A stretch of 64,000 bases of DNA from the NCBI RefSeq assembly GCF_902459465.1, contig NC_047066.1, forward strand, positions 17,794,001-17,858,000, given 5' to 3'. Numbering within the stretch: the stretch's first letter is position 1; each line of letters opens with the position of its first letter. Positions 34,401-45,606 of the stretch are shown here, piece after piece. The notes under the pieces are model-generated. The model saw only the letters and a list, made by a program, of their open reading frames with translations, was not told where the DNA came from and did not search any database. This DNA comes from Asterias rubens (taxonomy: Eukaryota). The position numbers and the translations under genes are program-made.

Positions 34401-37400
34401 TGATGCATTTTTCTAAGCTTTTCGTGTTTTGATAAGAATAATTTCCTTATGGGAAGACCAGAAGTGAGATATTGGAGTTTCTTGCCAGATGCTGAGATAA
34501 AGATGAGGAATCTTACCCAAGTCATCATCATCTCCTTGGTCTTGATCCTCATCTTGCTCCTTCTCAAGATCAGGATTCTGAAAAGAAAAACAAACGATAA
34601 TGTTGACTGGACCAGAATTTGTTTAACGAGACCAGAAAGAGCTTTCTACACAGTTTAACAGTTTGTGAAGATCTATCTCATTTGGCATATGGATTAGTAT
34701 ATTCTAATGCTTGACTGAATTGTATAAATAACAGACTCAAAGTCAACATTTGAACATCATTCCTTGCTGTTAAAAATATTTTTTTTCAAAGAGTTAAAGG
34801 CACTGGACACTATTGGTAATTACTCAAAATAATTATTAGCATAAACATTACTTGGTAATGAGTAATGGGAGCTGTTGGTAGTTTAAAACATTGTGAAAAA
34901 CGGCTCCCTCTGAAGTAACATAGTTTCCGAGAAAGAAGTAATTTTCCACGAATTTGATTTCAAGACCTCAGAATTAGAGTTTGAGGTCCCAAAATCAAGC
35001 ATCTCAAAGTACACAACTTCGTGTGACAAGGGTGTTTTTTCTTTCATTATTATCTCGCAACTTCAACGACCAATTGAGCCCAAATTTTCACAGGTTTGTT
35101 ATGCTATGCATTAGTTGAAATACACCAAGTGAGAAAACTGGTCTTTGACAATTACCAATAGTGTCCAATGTCTTTAATGGCCTGACGTTTTGACCCTAGC
35201 AGAGTCTTTCTCGAAGGCCAAAAACACAAGACCGTCGAACTTGTCAGGTCATGAGTTTATTGGCCCAAGGCTTTATCACTGAATGTTTGGACTCTGATAA
35301 GATTTGTATGAATGAGCTTGTGGCAGTTTTGGGATACAGAAACAAATCCACTTCATTCATTTAAAAAAAAACAATAATAGATTTCAAAGTGTTAGGGTAA
35401 ATAAAACTAGTGTGGCGGACACATACCTCTTTGTACTCTGCAACGACTTTTTCATAATCCCTGCAGTACTTGCGAAGCTTCTGTCTCAATGTGGACAGTG
35501 CCCTGGCATTCATCTTAGATAGCTTCTTCTTGTCTTCCCAACACTGCCAATTAAAGGAACAAATAATTAGTCACTAAAGATGGATTTATTTGATATATGG
35601 AAAGAGAGGAAATTGATGACACAAACTAGCAATGAATACTTGCATAGGTCCCTACGCCTACTCTTCATCGACCTCAGTCAGGAGACTGTTTTGGGTCTTG
35701 AGATATCTGTTGAACGGCAGACGTGTTCTGACAGTTAATGGAAGTATGTCATTTTAGTTTTGCCCTGGTTTAAAAAAAAATAATAAGTGTGATAAGCACT
35801 CTATACCTGGTAATTTCCAAGTCCTGTGGAATAAAATACACAGACATACTACACAGGTGGGATTCGAACCCATGACCCCTGCCATTCTAGAGCAGATGTC
35901 TGTTCACCAGACCACCGAGCGTGCCTGTTGAAAAGAGGCCATTGGAATCTTGTCATTAATAGCGGGTACAGCAATGATTTAAAAGATTTGGGTACTTTTT
36001 CAAAATGTCCACAGATTAACCTTAAACTTACAGGGTTTGAAGATAATGATAGTGGAAAGCTTCCCTTCAAATATTATTTACTGAGGTGCTGTAGTTTTTG
36101 AGAAATGAGTAAAACAATGTCATGAAAATATGTTTGTAAATGATTAAAATAATTTTCGTCTCATGAGAGGAAAATTGATTTCATGACATTGGTTTACTCA
36201 TTTCCCCAAAACTACAGCACCTCAGCACGTAATATTTTCAGGGAAGCTTTTTACTATCATTATCTTCAAACTGTGTAAGTTTAGTGTAAATCTGTGGACT
36301 TTGTGTTTTTTGTTCTACAAAAGTTACATAGACCCTTTAATAGATGTACTACATGCATCAGATATAAATGGTAGTGGTCTAACCTCATTAATAAACTCCT
36401 CTAGTTCAACCAACGTCTTGATGTAAAAGCGTGGTGGGATGCTGCTGTCTGGGTTCAGCACTTTCTGTGCTTTCTGGTAGCATCGAGTCAGATCGTCAAA
36501 GCTGGACAGAACTCGAGACACATCTCGGATCTTCTTCTGATTCTTGAGCTGCTTGATGACATCCATGATTTCATCATGTCTATAAAACAACAATGAAAGA
36601 GAGATAACAATCTAATTGAATTGAATCGAATTGAACATGGCAGAAACAGCCTTTTTCAAAAAAGAAATTCTTAAGAAAATTTTGGTGTAAAAGAGTGTCC
36701 CACATATATAATATCGAAGTCTTTTATAGCGCACGTATCTACCAAACAAGGTACTCAAGGCGCTGAGTATATACAAACTTTCAGAAAGATAGGTTATTGC
36801 AATGAAGAATTCTGAGACCCACCTAGTTAGCACCTTATAAGGGTTTACAAGGTGCTACGGCGCGCATACAGCAGCCACAGCCAGGAACACCTTGGCAACC
36901 CTTTCTCTCTCCGAAAAGTGCACTGGGTTCTTTTACATGCGTTACACAACACATGGGACCAACGACTTTGCATCCCATCCGAAAGACGAAGCAATGGTTA
37001 AGTGTCTTGCTTAAGGACACAAGTGTCACGGCTGGGGATTCAAATTCACACTCTACTGATCAGAAACACCAGAGTTTGAATTTAGTGTTCTTCACCGCCA
37101 CGCCACTTCCATAAACACCTCCCTTAATATTTATGCATGACGTATCTCACAATGCTAACCCAAAACGAGGCGATGGGCGCAGCCACTGCAAGTGGTGGTG
37201 GATATGTGCCCATAGCCTCATTTTGGGTCAGAATTATGACTTCATGCATAATATTAAGAGAGGCGTATACAACAGTCTCTGTGGACTTCGTTAAATTTAC
37301 CTTTTGGACTTGGCACTACGCACCACCCTCTTAACCTCTTCTTCATCATCGCTAAGGAAGAACCGTTGCTGGGTGATGATGGGCTTCTGCAAAACGGGCT

Positions 37401-37467
37401 CTTCATTATCGCTGGAGGATGACTCACTCTCACTGGATGAACCAGTCGCAAAGAAACGGGACGCCAT
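20912..37467 (-). CDS. EIF3C: Eukaryotic translation initiation factor 3 subunit C, about 1054-1062 aa
   Basis: Coding exons (minus): 37467-37301, 36579-36384, 35543-35427, 34577-34517, 33469-33402, 32311-32196, 31247-31100, 30133-29871, 29060-28964, 28340-28228, 27679-27556, 27140-26816, 26122-25929, 25124-24999, 24367-24214, 23595-23352, 22941-22876, 21922-21835, 21433-20912; all GT-AG and phase-consistent. An alternative end is 21433-20962 joined to 20812-20787 via a GC-AG intron. Motifs: [68 protein letters not shown], and PCI-domain [14 protein letters not shown]. Confidence 0.97.
22418..22484 (+). repeat. (TTA)n microsatellite
   Basis: About 22 units with one interruption, after a LINE-like 3' UTR remnant. 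Confidence 0.95.
22807..22862 (+). repeat. (GATT)n degenerate microsatellite
   Basis: Direct reading; intronic, next to the donor of eIF3c exon 22941-22876. Confidence 0.85.
25648..25790 (+). mobile_element. tRNA-like repeat family C (other copies at about 1830-1945, 27355-27450, 31855-31940 -, 47750-47820, 55375-55900 split)
   Basis: TAGCTCAGTTGG A-box, GGTTCAAATCC B-box, and the shared tail ctagtcaatttttctttgttcaccccaaa...cagtcagtttcccttgtg. Confidence 0.8.
30504..30677. mobile_element. Harbinger-like palindromic MITE
   Basis: taaGGCCCAGTCACACTGCAGCGA...TCGCTACAGTGTGACTCTGCCtta; internal inverted gaatgcattctattggttgaat. Confidence 0.8.
31360..31842. mobile_element. TTAA-flanked non-autonomous element (Kolobok-type)
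   Basis: TTAA|AGGGTGGCTGCAGTG...CACTGCATCATCCCT|TTAA; GC-rich core with TGACGTCA motifs. Confidence 0.75.
35979..36340. mobile_element. TTAA-type MITE family (second copy at 57197-57562; fragment near 17670-17730)
   Basis: Shared aatgtccacagattt...gaagataatgatagtggaaagcttccc...actacagcacctcag body with internal inverted repeats. Confidence 0.8.
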
Positions 37468-38483
37468 GATTGGAGCACTTTCAGGTGCAGTTATTGTTGT
37501 TCAATTCTGTTGGGAAATGAAGCACAGATGCATACAATTAGTCAAATGGCATATAAATAAAAAATTGACACAACAATAAAGCGTTTCTGATTGACGAGCC
37601 CCATCATAAGTTTTATCACGATTCCCGCCAACTGATTTTGCTGAATAGCTGAAAGGCACTGTGGGGTGGAAAAGGGGGCTTTCAGTGCCCCCTTTTCCAC
37701 CCCACAATGCCTTTTGGCCATTCAGCAAAACCATCCAGGCGGATTGGCGATAAGGTCTATTTACAAAATGCATTGTAAAAAAATGTTAGTTGAGAAAAAA
37801 AAAAAAAAAGAATTTAGTTGAGAAAACCTTTAGAAAATTAAAAACTACTTTAAGGGCTAAGAAAATGAGCAAGGCCACAGGAATGCTCATACATGTGTCA
37901 AACTCATATTCATCTTATGAAGTTATGTAGGCCAACTTTGAAATAAAAAACCTTGATATTTATTATTTGGTTTGGTTGTTAAAAATTAGTAATTCATGGA
38001 ATCATGGAAAGCTATTCTGAGTGAGTGAGACCGAGCTGCTGAGAGCAATCCAACTCTGAACGTACTCTGGGTCGTCCAAACTGAACCGTCAAGGAAGGGG
38101 AAGTTAGGAACATCACGACATCGGCTTAATTAAAAAATAAATTTTATGGTTTAAAAAAAAACGACAAATGTTGCGCAAGCCACAAGTTTATTGTAACTGA
38201 CAAAAGTACAAAATGATCATTGACGAATTTAAGTCATAAACCAGGTGAATTCTGCAATGGTTCACATCATGCATGAGTACACAATATTCAGCACACAACC
38301 CTTCACTTCTTCACAACCCCCCACCCCAAATCATTCACCCAACTCAGTCTCAGGCGACAGCACACCAGTTTCCTTAGCTTTCTCAGCATATTCTTTTGGA
38401 GTTTTAAAATAACAATAATAGACATAAATAACATAAAAGTAAACTAGAAGGTATACATATTTTATTTTACATAAAACACTTAC

Positions 38484-38570
38484 CGATTAGTGTAATATTA
38501 ATGCTAAAATTGACGAAAATAACCTACAATCTGGAGCCATTCGTCGGCACCACATGCACGAACCAAAAGG
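38484..38570 (-). other. EIF3C: Putative non-coding exon 1 of EIF3C beginning at a TCT-like pyrimidine initiator
   Basis: Minus strand agttCCTTTTggttcg at about 38572-38563; donor atcg|gtaagt at 38483; acceptor cccaacag at 37508-37507 for the ATG exon. Confidence 0.5.
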
Positions 38571-39200
38571 AACTATTTTCTCAGGGCGCTCGAACCCACA
38601 GAGTACAATCACATACGATGTTAAAATACTGAGAGCGAGGTTACAAGAGGGCGCGCTTTGCGCTTTCATCAATTTGACCTTTGTGCTCAAACGGCCTCGT
38701 TCTAATTTTTCTGATCAAGTTAAAATATACATAAACACCAATAAAATAAAATAAGCTATTTTTGAGAAAAGCTCTAACTGGCAAACTACGTCAATTGCTT
38801 ATCACATTGATAAAAACTAAATTTAATACGCTTACTTTTGTCAGAATTTTGTTTTATTTGTATAATTTTATTTTTTTCACCTTCTGGCTCATTTTTTTTG
38901 TTTTTTTTTGCTTTCCTATGCGAAGTATGTCATAAATAAATGAACCTAAAATTTATTTTTTTCACCTTCTGGCTCATTTTTTTTGTTTTTTTTTGCTTTC
39001 CTATGCGAAGTATGTCATAAATAAATGAGTTCATGCGTTCGCCCGTCAATGTCCTCGGATATAAAACTACACTGTACACAACTAACGCTCTAAATCAAAG
39101 CGGGCGCCCTTTGTTGCAACCTCGTGCACAAAGTATCAATCTCATGATGATGATATTGTACTTACTCAAAACTACCTGGAGAAAAGGTTGACGTATTTCT
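38571..39200. promoter_or_regulatory. Putative bidirectional promoter EIF3C (-) / ELOB (+)
   Basis: Lies between the inferred first exons; CpG-richer flanks with AGGGCGC motifs; internal tandem duplication with a period of about 85 bp (38866-39028). Confidence 0.5.
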
Positions 39201-39285
39201 TTGGTAATGCGGTCTAGGTAACAAGTTCTGAGAGAGACAGAGAAAAGATAGTTATTTGTCTGCTGGAAAAGTGACTACATTTACA

Positions 39286-42200
39286 ATGGTAAGATACGCT
39301 TTTGGGTTATAAATCGAACAAGTGTTTATTTTGTTGTGTTATTGTAAAGGTTGAGCTGAGTTTTGATTTTGATTTTTTGTTCAAGGACCTTTCCAAGTGG
39401 AGTTATTTAATTAATTTAAACATGTTTTACTTCACTAGTGATTATTTATTTGGTTTTAAAAATAAAAGACTGATCACTTCCATATCCGTTTCCATTTCCA
39501 TTTTCAACTTCCCAAAAGTCCACTTTCCATACCCATTCTTTCATAATCATAGCCTAGTGAGGTGTACATGACGTAACAATGATTCAATCTGAGTGACAGA
39601 CCCTAATGCAAACCCCACATCTCTGTTGTCTGATTGAAGTGACCAGCAGCTGAGTCACTTCAAGTTTGGGTCCTACTACTTGCTGCAACTCGCCGTCAAC
39701 TCACTTGCGCCGTCAACTCGCCGTCAACTCCTCCAATATACATTTAAAATCCACAAAAGAAGCATATAACTGTAAAGTATCAGCTCAAAGAGCATTCGCG
39801 AAAGTTTTAGGTCATATTTCGGAATAAAAATTGAGTTTTTTTCTTGTGAAAAAAAATTCTGGAAGCCGAAAAACTGTCGACCGCCATCTTGCTTTTTCAC
39901 AATGATTAGTCTTGGCCCAAGATGTCAATGATTGGTACTTTTTTTTTATCAACACAAAGTCGTTTTTGTGAATGAATTTGTACCGAAAACCATGAGAAAT
40001 ATGTAGTTTAGCCCAGACTTAACACTTCCGTGCCCCCTTTTTATAGATTTTTCATGTAAATTTAATGAGTTGACGGCGCGAAAATGAGTTGACGGCGAGT
40101 TTTTTTGTGTAATTTTGTGAATGTCCTTTGTAAATTTAATGTAAATGTGAAGTTAATAAATATGTACAAGTTAGTGTCCGCCAAGGTCGTAAGGACAACA
40201 TCTTCTGCCCATCATGATCCATTTTATATTGTTTAAAAATATTAAAATCAAACAATCTCGCAATCGTCTAAATGGCTCCTTGGTCCCTACAAAGTAATAA
40301 TAATTGGTTTGATTTGTTTTCATTTCATAATCAGCTGATCACAAAATAATCATATAAGATGATACAGAAATCCTGAATAAGTACGAGGTATGAAGTGTCT
40401 TGTAAGTTAAGAAGGTACAAAGTCGATACAGAAATCCTGAATTAGTACGAGGTATGAAGTCTCTTGTAAGAAGGTACGAAGTGTCTTGTAAGAAGTTACG
40501 AAGTGTTCAAGGTAGATGTAAGGTATCCATTGACTGGAAATCTGCTTCTTCTGAAAAAGTTTTCTGTCCAAGCAAATTGTTAAAGTCACCTGGAAATAGA
40601 TATTTTTTCTTCAAACATTTATTTTGAGTATTATGTTTCTGAACAATAAAATAATTGTTTGAGGATTTGTTTGTGACGATTTATATGTAAAAGAAAAAGA
40701 AAAAAGTTGTGTGGGGGTGACTCCGCCTACCCCTTTTGTGACGTCAATCGAGGCAGACTTTGCCTCGATTGAACATCGAACACACGTACGTGCAAGTACA
40801 TTCAAGTCCTAGTCGTGAGTTAGTAAATTTCAAAAAAGTTTTTTTCTTGCATTTTTCCGGCAATGTCGACCGGTGTATTGCTGCTGGATGCAGCAAAACA
40901 ACTAAAGATGGGGTCAGTTTGCAAGTCTTTTCCAGCGTTGTGCAGCAAACACTTCGAGCCGCCGTGCTTCGAGAATCCGGAATACACTACTCATTTTGAC
41001 ATGACGAGAAAAGTTCTTTTCTAAAACATGAGGCCATCCCAACAATTTTTCCAGCTAGTGGGGAAGTCGAACAAATTTTTTTAAACCTTAGTAAGTTGTT
41101 TATTCATATTCCACTCATCAAAACACATATTTTAGTGACAAAAGCTTTATTTTGACAAAATACCACTTCCAGGTGACTTTAAATAGTGACAGCTTTTTGA
41201 AAGAAATCTTAGCACTAGCAGTAAGCTACATATCATTTGGATTAGGATTAGTTTCTGTATGACGCCACCACTATTTCACTCATTTTACAAAAAGGGATAT
41301 CTCATTGAGGTAAAATAGATACTTTATTATTCCATATCAACTGAAAAAGTGGGGGCGCCATATGGAAACTTTTCCCATCATTTTGTTCATTTGTGTTTGT
41401 GTCTCTTTCTTGAAGGACGTCTTCCTCATGATAAGACGGCAGAAGATGACGATCTTCACCGATGCCAAAGAGACGAGTACTGTCCATGAACTGAAGAAAA
41501 TCATTGAAGGTATCACAAAGAGATCACCAGATGAGCAGAAATTATTCAGGGAGAAGGAGGAACTAGACAACACTAAGACCCTCGGAGACTGTGGACTCAC
41601 GAATAACACAGCAAAAGCACAGGCCCCAGCAATGCTTGGCTTGACTTTCAAGCTTGATGGTAAGCTGAAACTACTTAATAAATGGCTTAATTCCTGGTTA
41701 ATCTGACAAATTATAAAAGTCTGTAGATTTGAAGGTCTGGAATTGGGGATTATTGGATAATCCCAAAGTGCCTTTTGTCTGTTTATATACTTGGCCCTAA
41801 AAGCATGTTGAGTGCATGCAACGTTCACACTACAAAGTGAGCTATGTTCCAAATTTGTCAACATGTCCACCGTTGTTAAACTCGCCCAACACAGAATGTT
41901 AAGGGCAAGTTATCGGTAAAACCACTTCGCACAAATGGAAACTCTTTATATAACTTCAGTTCTTTCTCAGCTTCCTAGGGAAAGTATACAACCGAGCTGC
42001 TGTTACCCTCTGAAGGTTTTTTTTTATACACGGTATCAACCTCTACCCTCGCAGGTACCCATTTATACCTCTGGGTGAAGAGAAGCATTTATAGTGTCAT
42101 GACCGGGATTCAAACCCACACTCTTGAATTCGATGCTCTAAACAACTGGGACATCTTCTCTATGTCTACTTCTTCTCCATGTCTGTAGTCACCACTCCAT

Positions 42201-42823
42201 CTATAACTTTGTAGAAGTGTTGTGTTAAGAGCACCGAATTCAAACTCTGGTGTTTCTGATCAGCAGAGTGTGGGTTCGAATCCCCAGCCATGACACTTGT
42301 GTCCTTAAGCAAGACACTTAACCATTGCTTCGTCCTTCGGATGGGACGTAAAGTCATTGGTCACATGTGTTGTGTAACGCATGTAAAACAACCCAGTGCA
42401 CTTATCGCAAAGAGAAGGGGGTTCGCCCTGGTGTTCCTGGCTGCTGCTGCTGTATGCGCCGCAGCACCTTGTAATTGTAAAAGGTGCTTCATAATTGGGT
42501 CTCAGAACTCATCACTGCAATAACCTATCTTTCTGAAAGTTTATATGTACTCAGCGCCTTGAGTATCTTATTTGGGTGATACGTGCGCCATATTAGACTT
42601 TGATATTAGAACATTACCTCTCCTGCAGGCAAGGTGACCAGCCACCCTTGTTTTACTGTCCTAATGGAAGCTAACCCAAGTTTTGCCTTTTCTTTGCCAA
42701 GGTGACACCGATGAGTTTGAGTCGCTAGACCCAGTACCATACTCCAATCCTCCTGAGCTACCAGACGTTATGAAGCCTACAGATTCTAGCACAACAAACA
42801 CAGTGGAACAACCTGTATCATAG
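39286..42823 (+). CDS. ELOB: Elongin-B (TCEB2), 122 aa
   Basis: Exons 39286-39288 (ATG|gtaaga), 41416-41659, 42702-42823 (TAG). Protein [34 protein letters not shown]...LGDCG...AQAPAMLGL...[14 protein letters not shown]; ubiquitin-like fold; 369 nt in frame. Confidence 0.95.
39688..40100. mobile_element. MITE with ACTCGCCGTCAACTCA TIR in ELOB intron 1
   Basis: Perfect 16-bp inverted termini plus subterminal repeats of gccgtcaactc. Confidence 0.85.
40580..41182 (+). mobile_element. Kolobok-type DNA transposon deletion derivative carrying a THAP-domain relic
   Basis: TTAA|AGTCACCTGGAA...TTCCAGGTGACT|TTAA; interior in three frames gives [17 protein letters not shown] / [12 protein letters not shown] / [11 protein letters not shown]. 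Confidence 0.85.
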
Positions 42824-43312
42824 AGCCCCAATGAAAAGATAGTATCCTACGAAGAGGACCTAGGTCTTTATATCAACACAGCTATACATGTATATGATAA
42901 CATTCTATCTAGTAGCATGTAGTGTAAGATTGTTTGGCAAAATCAATTTCCACCAGATGCATATTTGATTGCATTATTTTATTCCTCAAGTAAATTTGAT
43001 CATTTGGTTTTATAAATGATCAATGCACCATTGAAGAGATCTGGAATGTTATTATTCATGAAGTAAAAAGTAAAGGTTATTTGATGAACTCAAAAATGCA
43101 TTAAATAGATATCAACTTTCATGAAGGAAAACAGCTGTTGATAAAATTGTTGAAGGGATCCCTTGAAGTTAGCTTGTACCTGCGCCTTGAACACCCAGCA
43201 GGGTGGATATGTGCGCATTACAAGTCTTATTATTATTATTATTATTACCATAATCCATGTATACATGAAGGTTTTAGCTCCAGCATCATTGCTGTAGCAG
43301 ATATTCCCCTAA

Positions 43313-43528
43313 ATAAACCGTATTGAATATGACATCACCGTTCAAATATTTGCCCTACAAGATGGCGTCTGCGAGCGTGTGCGTGTGTGCGTGCTTGAGC
43401 CGTGGAAATCAAACCGGAAATGCTGCGTGCTGCGTGTTTCTTTGATGTACGCATTTAGACGCTCATACGGTTTGACCTACAAGATGGCGACTTTTATAGC
43501 AGCAAAGGGGTTATTCAATACGGTCTAT
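43313..43528. mobile_element. MITE with ATAGACCGTATTGAATA-type TIR
   Basis: 17-bp inverted termini with 1 mismatch; internal direct repeat CCTACAAGATGGCG x2. Confidence 0.75.
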
Positions 43529-45476
43529 AACTTGATCTGCTAAGCATTTATTTTGTATTGAGTCTGTTATCGGCAATGCATGATTTTTTGGCATGAAATT
43601 ATAGAACTGTATGTATTGACGAGAGGGCTAACTCTTGACTCCTCATGCAAACATTATTGAAGCCTCCTTGATGCGATAACGTTAGAGGCATGAGCATGTC
43701 GTAGAACTAGCATTGTGTTGAAACTGTGAATGAGGGTTTGGGCTACATATGTATGCATAAGTACACACATTCTGAAGTGTATTAATTTTGGTTTTTTACC
43801 CATACACCGATGTGTGTTAGCACTGTATACTCAGTACTTTCCCAAGTCCTGTGAAAAAAATATCACAGGCATGTTACTCGGGTGGGATTCGAACCCACGA
43901 CCCTTGCAATTCTAGAGCAGTGTCTTACCAACTAGACTTCCGAGGTTGCCCGGCAGCTAGAGGCAGTTCGAATCCTATGTCAATTCTAGAGCAGAATTCT
44001 GAAGTGTGTTCTATCTACACACTTTGTAACACACAAACATGGATGTGCACACACAGCTTCAAAAGACGGGTCAAGTTACCTCTCTAGTCAATATGAACAT
44101 ATATGTCTCTGCGTAAAATATACTTCTCCTAAGCGGGTTTGATTCTGTGCTGAAAAAGAGGTGTGCTTTTGGCTGTAAAAAAAAACCTTTCCTGTTTTTG
44201 GTTTAATTTTATTGGACTGGAGATTTCGTATTATTAATATTTTGGTTTTATTTCGGGGGGGGGGGGGGGGGCTGATGTAAATTAATGGTTAGTGAGGTTT
44301 GTGTGTGGCCCTAAAGCATTAATTTGTTTCCCTATCGCAACATTTTTGTATAAAATATCAGATACCACAGTGCAGTATGTTTGCTTGTACATGTGTATTT
44401 GTACAGTTGTACATTTATGTAATTTTTATGATTTGACAAAATTTACTTGGATTTACACTTACATGTAGTTGGAATAATTCAACAATGCCTAAAACACCCA
44501 CTGGCCCGAGTCCAGTGAATTTTGCACTGGGTCAATAACTTGGTCTGTGCTCTAAACAAATACGCACTCCTAACTTATTCCGATTAATTCTGTATTGGCT
44601 AGTTTTCCTATTATAAACACTCTCATTCAGCAAGTAACTACATAATCGAAGAAGAAATACAGTGTTTTTGGTCTTCTTGTCCAATCAGTAAAAGCTGCTT
44701 GCTTTGTTATCTCGTACAGAATCTTAAAATGTTATCCCTTCTCTAGTTATAATGTAATTTTTGCAATGAAGCTTTTTGTTACCATCAGCCAAGCTTTGTG
44801 TAGTGGTAAATCACAGCAGTTCATATCCTAAATAAGGCACCTATTTATTTCTTCATGGGTCTCACAAGCCCTAAAATTATAACCTTGAATCCTGATGCAA
44901 GAATTATCGTTTCATATTAAAATGATTTTAAGTATTCCCTCACATTTAGACATAAATGAAACTTGTTTTAGGGTTTCATTTATTGTCATCTATCAGGGGG
45001 AAGGGGGATATTGTTGGACTGGCCAGGCCAGTTTTGATGGTGACTCCAGCCCTATAGGAAGTGTCTCTATTTGAGCAGCATGAAGGGGTAGGGGTGGGGG
45101 TTGCAGCACCGCCTGTAGGGGTATGTAGACCCACTAAGGGCTGCAATGACTCATTTGAAACACCTTTTTTCCCCAAAACTATTGTTTGCAATTTGAAAAC
45201 CTTTTTTTCCTGGTCACTTTGCCTTTGTCGAGACCTTTTATTTTAATACAATTGCACCTTTCACAAATTGTTCATTTCCTATTTATTTGTTATTGTTATT
45301 TGTTTTTTTTGTTAGTTTCACTGTTAAGATTTTTGATCTATAAAACATTGTATATAATACAATTAGATTGTCGTGATGGCCCATGCTTTGAATCAAAAGA
45401 AAAAGTACTTATACATTGTAGGTTTTTTTTCTTCGGTGGCTGAGGTGTTGTTAGTCTTGAAATTTAAGAAGACTGC

Positions 45477-45606
45477 TTAAGGCCGTGTTCGTTATTTGAG
45501 TTTGGCTACAGCTAGATCAGTGCGTCTGCCAGTGTTGAAGAATAGGCAGATGTGTGCGATCTAGCCGTAGCTGAACCCGAAGTCACAGTTTCGGACACGG
45601 CCTTAA
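45477..45606. mobile_element. Short Harbinger-like MITE
   Basis: ttaaGGCCGTGTTCG...CGGACACGGCCttaa; internal gctacagctagatc / gatctagccgtagc arms. Confidence 0.75.

Noticed and set aside
44976-45191. GC-richer patch with 61-71-aa ORFs
   Set aside because: No recognisable protein, splice signals or TIRs; probably a decayed retroelement fragment but cannot be supported
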